Source: Bugula neritina (taxonomy: Eukaryota; Animalia; Bryozoa). From it: 64,000 nt of DNA. The stretch covers positions 15,676,642-15,740,641 of the forward strand of contig OZ037770.1 in the NCBI GenBank assembly GCA_964035545.1, written 5' to 3'. Made by a program: the position numbers and the translations under genes. Shown piece by piece: positions 11,026-22,847 of this stretch (its first letter is position 1; each line of letters begins with the position of its first letter). A model generated the notes under the pieces. That model searched no databases. It saw only the letters and a program-made list of their open reading frames with translations, and was not told the DNA's origin.

Positions 11026-14000
11026 ATGGAAGGAGGCGCCAGCTCTAGACTGAAAACTCTCCTCACAGAGTTCTCTACTAACACAAGTGCTCACGGCCCC
11101 CCTAAGGTACGCCTCATCCCTCCAACGCTGTAGACTATCACAACTAGCTTATCTTTAAACGTGAAGTATATATGAAACTATTATTTATTTATTTAAAAAG
11201 TTTATTTTTTGAAGTGAGCAAAATTGAGTAAATTGTGGTATTATGTACAATGTTCAATTTATAACTAAATACAACAATCGATATTATTGCGTTAGATATG
11301 AATTTGTTATTTAATAATTTATTTCATTGCTTTAGCACATTGATGGCTAGTGTAGCCAACCTGTAGGTCAGTATTCATGTTAATATATATTCTGCATTCC
11401 AGTCAAAACTATTTCGCACTAAAGTGTTTTGGATAAAAATTCAACAACCTGTGTAATTTTTGCTATATTAAAATTCTTATAATATGCTATTGTTTGCAGT
11501 AGACATATGAGCATGGAATATAGTAATAGCTACACTGCTTATTAAAGTTCTTAATTATTTCTTGATAATTGTTAGAGTTAAGGAAATAAGATATCATATT
11601 TTGAAGTTGGCTATTTATTAAATAGTTTTCACTGTTTCTTAATAATTTGCAGTATCCAATAAGTTTATTATAACCACATGTTGTGTTGTTGTTATACACA
11701 CTTTTAGAGTAACGCTATCAACAGCTTTCACTCAAATAGCTAATGTTTCTTGTATAATATATTGATTTTACTCTCTCTGTACTATTCAATGAGTCAACAC
11801 GATTTGTGCTCAATAAATTACAATAATACTACAATAGTATCAAATGACTTATAAACCGTCATCAGATGAGGGAGTTATCTTTCTTTGCAAGCGAGACTTG
11901 GTATGAAGTACTTCCCTTGTGTATCAGCCGACTCGATACGAAAGCAAAGGTTGTAAGTATATAGTATTCTATACAAGCAGTTTAAATGTAGAATTGTCCT
12001 CTCTCTGCAGATACTGAGTGCAAAGTATGTCATAACTAAGATAATCTGGACCAGCCTCTTTCTCACTGGAATTGGAGTTTTCATCTACTTTAGTCAGCAG
12101 CTAGTTAGAAACTACTTGCAGTATGACACAACTACCGACATGAAGGTGAGTAAGCAGTTACATGACACTCTGTATGTAATGCTGCCTTGTGTCTAGCCAA
12201 CCGTGAAGTTGCTTTCTCATTGGTGAATGTATGTAGTATTCTTGCTCTGCTGTCCATCTCTCTGGTGTCCATCTCTCTGGTGTCCATCTCTCTGGTGTCC
12301 ATCTCTCTGGTGTCCATCTTTCTGTCTTTCAGATTCAGTTCAGGCAGTTAGAGTTCCCGGCTGTCACGATTTGCAACTTGAATCAGTTTAGAAATGACCG
12401 TCTGCCGAGGTACCTGACGGAACTGGCCGGGGACTACCTGGAGGAGAGGCAGGAAGACTTGCTGGGAGGAGAGGAGCAGTGGAACCAATACTGGAGTCAG
12501 TGACTTTTGGTTGATTATGAAACCAGCGCACTGATTGGTTGAAGCTCATATGACTACAAAACCAGCGCATTGATTGGATAATACTTGTTTACTTATTCTG
12601 GTTGTAGATGAACATTCAACAAGTGTGTCTTCAACTGGTACCACAGCAACTGGCAGCACCTCAACTGGCAGCACGACAACTGGCAGCACAGCAACTGGTA
12701 CCACGTCAACTGGAAGCACAGCAACTGGGAGCACGTCAACTGGCAGCACATCAACTGGGAGCACGTCAACTGGCAGCACAGCAACTGGCAGCACGTCAAC
12801 TGAGAGCACCTCAACTGGCAGCACCTTAACTGGCAGCACAGCAACTGGCAGCACAGCAACTGGGAGCACAGCAACTGGGAGCATCTCAACTGGGAGCACC
12901 TTAACTGGGAGCACGTCAACTGGGAGCACATCAACTGGCAGCACAGCAACTGGGAGCACAGCAACTGGGAGCACGTCAACTGGGAGCTCAAGTAGGAGAA
13001 GGAAACGTGCTGTCACTAATTTAGACAAGAAAAGGATGGATGTGATTGAAGATCTGGTAAGAAGTTAGTCATGTTGAGGAAGGTTTGCTGTGATTTGAGA
13101 CACAACTGAGTGTATATTTACGATATGAACATGTTTTATGTTCAATATGAAACATCACGATGATCAACAGCAGATGACCTCATCATTACCACATGGAGAA
13201 TATATGATAACTTTTGATAATATTTTGGCACAACAATATCTGGTAAATACTCAAAGTTACCACAAGGTGAGAAGCTGCAGTACTGATTGTCTATTATATT
13301 ACATAGAATATTACTGTTACTTTATAACTGCATGAAGGGAAGGTCAGAATTTCTGTTTGATTAAGTGATGAAATTTGATTTAAGTATGAAAAATAATTAT
13401 CATACTTTATAATTGAATGGTTTACGGCCAGTTGAAATTAGCCTTAAATTCTAATAATATAATGACTTATTAGTGAGTGAACTCTGATCGAGGTCCATGT
13501 ATGTTGAAGGCAAGAGAGTTCTACTACAGACCCAACATCGAGGGAATAGCCAACATGTCCTGGTTTAACAACGTCGGGGAGGCAGCGTCTGAGAAGACGG
13601 TGTTGTTGAACTTGACTCACACTCTGGCCAACTACACGGTGACTCAGCTATCAGGTTAGCTTTGAAACAGTTCACTTCCTATAGCAGCAAATACGCTGGC
13701 TTCCTATTTATGCAATTCCTGTTTATTTACTTCCTGTTATAAAACTCAAACATCCAACATTAACTTGAATGACACTAAACATTCAAGGAGATATGAAAAA
13801 TTTCTATTTGTGATGTATTCTCTATATTCTATCTAAATATCATGTTTGGAAAGTTTGAAACTAATTATAATTATCCTAATTTGAAATGTTATTATAGTCA
13901 TTGTATATTTCGTTCACAATAATTAAATTGATGGAAAAATTATCTGATTATAGAATTGTTTAGTGTAGCTGTTGACATAGTGTAACTGTTGATATAGCGT

Positions 14001-17000
14001 AACTGTTGACATAGTGGATCTGTTGATATTCATAAGTCTTCTTCTCTCTACAGCCATGGGACATGACATTCAAGAGATGCTACAGGAATGCACATTTCTC
14101 GGCTCAAACTGCGGCCCGAAGTATGTTTATGAAAATCTTTCAGAGAATGAAGAAAGATCTTGTCAATATAATTCACTTGTGTTAGTTTTGAAGTGAAATG
14201 GTACTACAAACTTTCATTAACATCTTGGTAAAAGAGACACCTTTTTATATAATAGGGTATGTTGTGGTACAATGCGATGTAGTGTGATACAATCTCATAT
14301 GCATTGTGATGCGCAAGTAATTTCACTTTTGTGTTGCAGAGACTTCTACCAGTTTTATGACAAGTTGTATGGAAACTGCTATACTTTCAACAGCGGAATT
14401 GACGGGCAGGTTGAGGTGATCACAACTCCAGGATCAACATTTGGTCAGATTTTCTTTATATTCTCAATATTATACACAAGAGTTGAATGGTGAACTTTCA
14501 TGACTTTCATGTCTGTCTAACACACATCTATCTAACACACATCTATCTAACTCACATCTATCTAACACACATCTATCTAACACACATCTATCTAACACAC
14601 ATCTATCTAACACACATCTATCTAACTCACATCTATCTAACACACATCTGTCTAACACACATCTATTTAACACACATATATCTAACACACATCTATCTAA
14701 CTCACATCTATCTAACTCACATCTATCTAACACACATCTATTTAACACACATCTATCTAACACACATCTATCTAACTCACATCTATCTAACACATATCTG
14801 TCTAACACACATCTATCTAACACACATCTGCCTAACACACATCTATAGTCTAACACACATCTATCTCACACTTCTATCTAACACACATCTATCTAACACA
14901 CATCTATCTAACACACATCTATCTCACACATCTGTCTAACACACATCTATCTAACACACATCTATAGTCTAACACACATCTGTCTAACACACATCTATCT
15001 AACACACATCTATAGTCTAACACACATATATTTAACACACATCTGTCTAACACACATCTGTCTAACACACATCTATCTAAGACACATCTATCTAACACAC
15101 ATCTATCTAACACACATCTATCTAACACACATCTATCTAACACACATCTATCTAACACACATCTATCTAACACACATCTATCTAACACACATCTATCTAA
15201 CACATCTATCTAACACACATCTATCTAACACACATCTATCTAACACATATCTATCTAAGACACATCTATTTAACACACATCTATCTAACACACATCTATT
15301 TAACACACATCTACCTAATACACATCTATCTAACACACATCTAATTAACACACATCTATATCTAACACACTTATCTGCTGGTTTTAGGTAATTAAAACTT
15401 GTTTGACTGATTTCAGGTCTGAGTCTGACCCTGTTCATCAACCAGTCTGCGTACGTGCCAGCTCTGAGCACACAAGCTGGTGTCAGGATAATGCTGCACA
15501 GACAGGGAGAAGTACCTCTAATCGCTGAAGATGGGTTCAATTTATCTCCAGGAACAAAGAGTGCTGTTGCAGTGAAGTATGTAAGTATGGATTTGTTAGC
15601 ATACTGAGAGTGGCTGGACAAAGAAGAGTACTTCTTGCAGGTTTTCTTATTTCTGTGATTACTATTGTCTATAAGTATAGAATACACTGAGAAGACTTCA
15701 GTTACAGTAATATTATGATACTTTAATGCAAGCAAATCAAATTGAAGTTACACTCTCTGAATATACATCATCACAACTATGGCCGTGGGAACAACTTGAG
15801 TTTAGTTGAGAGCACATGTTGCCACCTGCTATAGAGCTTGTCATGATTGTATGCAGATAGAAGTTTCCAGACAGCCTGGCTCCATGTTTAGTAACTGTAC
15901 TCACCAGATGGCACCTCCACAGGATGGAGGGCTGCATGAGTTCTACCCTGGCAACTATACACAGAAGGTGGGCTAGTTTGTAGTAACACAGTCTAAAGTT
16001 TAGGTGTGTAGTTTATTCAGCAGCTGTAAGAATTACTTAGTTTTTTATAAAAAACGTAATAATAGAAAACTGTGACACACTGTCTTGTATTCAAAAGCAT
16101 TGATCATTGTAGTTGAGAATTTGCTGAAGAGCAGTAAATGGTTGCTTATTGCAGCTTAAAGTTTCCGAGTAAACTACAGCCTTTAAAGCTCAAACTGAAG
16201 AATAATTATTATATATATATTTTTAATGTAACACTCAATACTGCATTGTTTCAGCTAGACTAATAATATTATGTTTAGGATAAAGTTTAGAAGACAAAAC
16301 ATTTTGTTTCAATAAAATGTTGTTTTATGTTGCTTAATTTAGCTTTGATATGCTTATTGTTGTAACAGTATACAGTATAGCTTGTTATATGTTGCATCTA
16401 TGGTCACATAACTTCAGTTACCTTTGACCTACGCATCACACTGTAAAATTACATAGTGTAGCTTGCACTGTACTTCAGTCACATGACACACACATGACAG
16501 TCACATGACACACATGTCTGCTATTCATACTGCAGGCATGTATCAACACCTGTCTCCAGAAAGGTATCATCTCCACCTGTGGGTGTGCCAGCCCTTTCTA
16601 CAGGTATCCACCTACAGCTGAAGTGTGTCCACCGATACTCTGTAAGTTACTTCCATTTCCTGTATGACTTACTGCTTTACTCTGTGCGTCTCCTTCTAGG
16701 TTTTTATCATTTTCCAAACTGTAATTGTCTCCTGTGTCCCTCTGTTTAGCATCCTAACCTATCCATAATGTTTTGTACTCCTCAGTCGACTGTGTAGAAA
16801 AAAAAGAACTCCAGATGTTTAACGACAATTCCTGCCAGAAATCTTGTCCTTTACCTTGCTGGGAGTCCCAGTATCAGTACACGTTATCGGCTAGTCAGTG
16901 GCCCTCCAACAGCTACAAGGTTAGCCTCAGATCTATCATGTGTCAGAACGGATTAAGGATCTAGGTTTATATTGTGCTTCCACAGCTTCAACATTATTTT

Positions 17001-17827
17001 GTGTGAAAGTTACTTATAACAGGAGAAAAAAGTAACTTTTTCATTTCATATTGGTTTTTAGAAGTGCTGTATGAATCCAACACATGTTTGTTGCCTGCAA
17101 AGCTCTACAACTCTTAATACGTAGTAATCTGTACTCCATAGATTATATCAAAACAGAAATGATTAGACTGATGTTACGGTTGAATGAGCAGAGTATGTCT
17201 CTCATATGTTTGGAGTTACTTACTCCTAGTTATATAATGAGCAACAGTTAATAGCAGCACAAGTCAAATATAACTACTCTTTTGTCTTCTTCAGCCATAT
17301 CTGGCCAAACTGTTGAAGGAGAGAGGGTCATCCATACTGTCTGCTCTAACAGATGAGACGTGAGTGTGTTAGTTATATTCACTCACTCTGTACGAGTTCC
17401 CAAATATCCAATAAATGCATTAGGACAAAAGAGTAACTTGAGTAGTAATTAGTTGAGTAATTTCACTAATAATTATTTGTGGTGATGTTTTCAGAGTTGG
17501 ATTGGCCCAAGAGTTTGTTAAGCTGGAAGTGTTTTATGACAACCTGAACTACCTTCAATATTCAGAGAAACAGAGTATGACTGTGAGTAGACTGCTAGAC
17601 TAGTATACTCTATTCTACGGCTATTATATGCTATCACAACTCTAACTGTTCTGCTCTCTGAACATCTCATTTGTCAGGTAGAGGACTTGGTGGGAGCCAT
17701 CGGCGGCCATCTTGGATTGTGGATAGGAATGTCTATACTATCATTTGTGGAAGTCATTGAGCTGATAGTTGACCTCCTCAAGGTCTTTGCTGGAGCCTGT
17801 TCTAGTAATAGAGTGAAGAGCTCTTAG
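11026..17827 (+). CDS. DEG/ENaC-family sodium channel subunit, paralogue 2
   Basis: Same exon layout as paralogue 1. Approx.: 11026-11106 (TSAHGPPK), 12011-12147, 12333-12495 (FPAVTICNLN), 12609-13056, 13511-13654, 14054-14120, 14340-14443 (YGNCYTFN), 15417-15580, 15858-15967, 16536-16642, 16786-16919, 17295-17360, 17495-17582, 17678-17827 (GAIGGHLGLWIGMS). Confidence 0.93.
12630..12987 (+). repeat. Coding 15-bp repeat (TGS[TI][ASL]-type pentapeptide) in the ENaC2 extracellular domain
   Basis: aactgg(c/g)agcac(a/g/c)(g/t)c units, in frame, followed by SSRRRKR. Confidence 0.92.
14513..15370. repeat. 15-bp intronic minisatellite (tctaacacacatcta)
   Basis: Fills most of the intron 14444-15416. 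Confidence 0.97.
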
Positions 17828-18804
17828 TCTCATCTCCCAATATCTCAGATAGAATAAATTCATTCTTATGACAGAGTACAGTCGACTGGCCTATCAGTCG
17901 CTCTATTGTCTACCAACACACATTTCTGTGGTAGTATATAAGCCAACTAATGTAGTCCAACTACGAGTTATTTTTACCTCTAGCTCCTTGTAACCATAGC
18001 AACATTTGATTGAGTCCTTGGTTAGTATACCATGTTTATTGTTGTAGAGTAGCATGTTTCCATGGTTGTAATACACTGAGTTGAGCAAGTACTTTGTGTA
18101 TGTTATCTTCATTAATACACCATGTAAACTAAACCAGTTCATCACTATACAGTATGAATAATCTGCAGGTAGTAGTGCAGGTAACTGACTGAAGCGCGCA
18201 ACATGTAAAGACAGGAGAAGACAACTACTGGTTGCATTTAGAAATGTCATTTTCTTCATAGAAATTGAAAATCTTCTAATCAAGACATTATTTAGCCAAA
18301 AGCACCTCAGTACATAACGCAACACTATGTAAACAGCTCTTATACATAGTTATTTCTGTAGCTGGCCAGTCTAAGTGTATAACATAGGCAGTTACTATTG
18401 CTTACAGGATTTCCATAAATTTAATAACCTGTGTGTAAAATGAACGTTTTATGTTAAGATTTGTGTGTGGTGGAGGTACTACATTACATCCTTATATCAC
18501 ACCTCAGACTTGCAGACTAGAGAATTAGGATGCAGTGCTCAATATTATTAGTATTATTGTGGGTACAACATTTAACTTTAGCTTTTTACTCCACAGAGGT
18601 AGACAAGGTAGAACAACTCTCAGCACCTAATATATATTTATTGTAGAATAATTCATGAGGTGTTTATACAAGGACACAGAACATTACAGCACACCAATGA
18701 ATAAGTAGCTAAGAAAACACCACATAGCTTAGTATAGTCAGTTAGTATAGAACAGCACACAGGGTGGGGGTAGCTGAGCCACCCCCACCCGCAATCACGA
18801 GTTC

Positions 18805-21368
18805 TTAGGAACTCATGCGGGCGTCGTCGAGACGCTGATTCACATTCTCCCAGTTGATGACCTCCCAGATGGCCTTGACATAGTTGGCTTTGACATTCTT
18901 GTACTGGAGGTAAAAAGCGTGTTCCCACATGTCAATACCCAGGAGGGGGATGAGACCTGCGAACAATACAAAATGCTGTAGTAAAGAGAGGATAACTCTA
19001 TATACAATACAGGGTGCTGTAGTAGAGAGAGGATAACTCTATATACAATACAGGGTGCTGTAGTAGAGAGAGGATAACTCTATATACAACTCAATGTGCT
19101 GTAGTAGAGAGAGGATAACTTTATATACAATACAATGTGCTGTAGTAGAGAGAGGATAACTTTATATACAATACAGGGTGCTGTAGTAGGGAGAGGATAA
19201 CTTTATATACAATACAATGTGCTGTAGTAGAGAGAGGATAACTTTATATACAATCCAGGGTGCTGTAGTAGAGAAAGGATAACTTTATATGCAATACAAT
19301 GTGCTGTAGTAGAGAGAGGATAACTTTATATACAATACAATGTGCTATAGTAGAGAGAGGATAACTCTATATACAATACAATGTGCTGTAGTAAAGAGAG
19401 GATAACTTTATATACAATACAATGTGCAGTAGTAGAGGGGTGGATATCCATACCCTGCATAGAGAGGGGGTCCTGGTTGGGACACGTAGTCAGTCTGAGT
19501 CTGCCGTGCCGGGGGTTCCAGCCGAGCCAGCTCCACCCTGACCCCTGTATCCCGAGAGACTGAGTGGACATCAACTCCTTGAACTTGTCGAAACTACTGA
19601 AGTCTCTTTCTATCAGCTCCTTAATATCACCTGTAATGGTGTAAGTATATTATGTAGTGTAAGTATATGCAGTGTATGTATAGTGTAAGTGTAGTGTAGT
19701 GTAAGTGTAGTGTAGTGTAAGTATATGTAGTGTAAGTATATGTAGTGTAAGTATATGTAGTGTAAGTATAGTGTAAGTGTAGTGTAGTGTAAGTATAGTG
19801 TAAGTATAGTGTAAGTATAGTGTAGTGTAAGTGTAGTGTAAGTATATGTAGTGTAAGTATAGTGTAGTGTAAGTGTATAGTGTAAGTATATGCGATGTAA
19901 GTATATGTAGTGTAAGTATAGTGTAAGTACAAGTAGAGTACCACAACATACCTTTAGGAATCCCCCCACCCTGGGGAGAGAGATTCGTCCAGAACACGCT
20001 GTGGTTGATGTGTCCTCCACCATTAAACTTTACGGCCGGCTCCAGGGATATGGCAGTGGCTATATCTCCTGCAGAACAAGGTAACCAATTAGCAGTACTG
20101 TAGAATAAGGTAAACAGTCAGCAGCACTGTAGAACAAGGTAAACAGCTGACTATAGAATAAGGTAAATCTGATCACTTGCTTTAAGGAATAGAGTAGACC
20201 AGTTTCTATGTCTATGTGAAGGTAGTAATTCAAACTTCTATTTAACAAACACCTTTGATAGCAATGAACTCTATTCTATATATAAGTGAGATCAAGGTTA
20301 TCAAGCTATAAGTTACCATGACTGCAAGATGGAGTATGAAACAAAACCAAGCATAATAACTACACAGAGTGAATCCACAGCATATGCTGAAGAATTCATT
20401 TAAACAGAGTAGAGGAAATGCTAAAACATCTACCATCTTGTATAGCTTTAGCCAGCTTCTCTTCTGCAATGTTTAGATTGTCAACATAAGTCTGGTGGTG
20501 TTTGGTGTGATGTAACGTCATAATCTCCTCCGAGATGACTGGAGTCAGGGCAGAGTAAGCATAGTCAAGTGCTGGTAGCGTGTGTTTACTACAAACTCTA
20601 TGCTTGCTACAATAAATATTCACATTCGTCTAAAGCCAGAGCTCTAAGACTAATGCTTTCGGCGAAATAAGTATTACATTTAGTTTTACTGGTAGTACTG
20701 TAGACATAGTAGAAGTAAAACTATAATCATAAGTATTCCTATTACTAATAGTAATAGAAATACTAATCGTACTAGTATTAGTATTACTATTCTCATCACC
20801 CAATCTAGTACCTAATACTAATAGAAACACTTATACTAGCAGCAGTATTACTATTAGTATTAGTATTACTACACTATGAGTATGAGTATCAGTATGAGTA
20901 TGGCTATAATAAGCATTCGTAAAAGTAAAACTATAAGTTTAACCATAAGTATTAGATTTAGTACTCCAAATAGTATAACTATAAGTATTACTATTAAATG
21001 TATTAAACTAAATTCAATCATTCAATTTTATATGGGCAAATATAAAACTAAAAGTAGTACTACTACTATTAGTATCACTATCAGTAGCCTATTACTATTA
21101 GTATTACATTTACTATTACTGTATTAGTATTACTATTACTATTAGTATTAGTATCACTAATGCCAATAGTAATACTAATAGTCTAAGACTTATACTTATA
21201 CTATAACTTTAACTATTAGTATCACCTAAGGTAAAGGAGGTAGGAGTTACACTTACAGTTACTGTTACTGTTAAGCTTAGAGGGACTGTTAAGGTTAGGG
21301 CTTACCAGACTAACTTACCCAGGGCAGAAAATAGCAGTAGCTAGTGAACGTTTAACTGCTGAGAGCAT
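18805..21368 (-). CDS. SOD2: Mitochondrial manganese superoxide dismutase
   Basis: Exons 21368-21319, 20606-20434, 20068-19952, 19630-19454, 18956-18805. Motifs: [43 protein letters not shown]; basic N-terminal transit peptide. Confidence 0.97.
18963..19437. repeat. 39-bp minisatellite filling SOD2 intron 4
   Basis: gtgctgtagtagagagaggataactttatatacaataca, ~12 copies. Confidence 0.95.
19640..19928. repeat. Degenerate (tagtgtaagta)-type repeat filling SOD2 intron 3
   Basis: Visible simple repeat. Confidence 0.9.
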
Positions 21369-22847
21369 GATTTTTCAGTAAAGTTTAATTTAACCAATGC
21401 AGTTCAGTCGAAAACTTCAAAGAATTATAGTCAACGTTATTACACACTCAATCCTATTTTACAATTTAATCAAAAACTTGTAGTAATAGTAACTTTAACT
21501 TTTAGTTTTAGTAATACTTCAAAGCTGCAAGGTTGTGCAGATTCGGTGCGATAGGTGAACTCTTGCTCTAACGTGGTCCGATATTGGAACTTGATTATTC
21601 ATAGTAAAGCAACAAAACCAGTTCGATAAAGTAGGACTCGTCCGGCATTATAGACGGCCTTGACCTGTAATGTAGCGCACAAGCATATTACATATTTGAC
21701 GATAATTTGGTGGGTACTCGATTGCCTCTCGCATTGGTGATTGTTTATTGATATGGAAATGAGCGTATATGAATATCCAATATGAAAATGTGACACTTGC
21801 ATAACCATTTACAAATTTTTAATTAGAAACTTAAACTTTAATTTCATAGTCGTTTTTTCTATGACTATTCTATCCATAGACTTTTAATAATTCAAAATAA
21901 GATCTGATTTCCTGTTATATCAAATTTATTTCAATTTAATGTGCTACATGACCATGACTAATGCTAATACTAATAGTAATACTAATAGGCCTGAGTCAAA
22001 GTTAATGTTATACACTCATACTCATAGTCATAGTCAAAGTCATAGTGATAGTCATACTGATACACTTACAGTCATACAGATAATTGATAACTATAAGTGA
22101 TGAGTGTCAGTAAGACCCGTAATCATAATGATTAAGTTATAAGTGATTATTACTTTGCTAATAATCATAATGATAATCATAATCAGTAATCACTAATGAT
22201 TATCATTATTATTATGATTATGAACTTATTTCTTAGGCTTATGGGCTAAGACTAAAGTAATACTGACAATAATTATCATAATCAGTATGTTAGCTTAAGA
22301 TTTTAATACCATAGGCTAGGCCTAGGGCTACTGCTATCCACTAGGTATAGGCATAACAGTAACCCTGCATCTCAATTTGAGCTTGCAGCTTTGCAATGTC
22401 ACTATGACTATGAGTATGAATCCGTTTAGTTCTACAGTAACTGACACAGTAACTGAGCTTTTTCCACACTGTTCTCACCATTATTGGAGTTTCAATTTAC
22501 AATTATCCTAACTGGGCATTGAATTCAGTATTAATTAGAACAATTTATACTAACACATAAATCATAATTCTGTACTTACAAAGTCAAAAATTATAATAAG
22601 CTTCGACAGTAGTTTTTATAATTACTGATTATAATGACAAAATTCTTAGCAATAAAAATTTAAAATTATATTTTATGGGATTATCACTTGCTGTTTCTTA
22701 TGTTTTTGGAATCACAAAATTTTAAATTTTCAAAACTTGATGCCAAAATATCTGCACTCTTACTTGTTTTCTGCTGCCATTCAAAATATTTTGGTTTTCA
22801 GTTATTCCTGCATCTACCGACAGTAGCTGAACAATTGCAGAGTGAAG

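Noticed and set aside
18805-18956. DMWEHAFY variant as a sign of bacterial horizontal transfer
   Set aside because: The transit peptide, NQDPL motif and typical animal SOD2 intron positions indicate a native gene.
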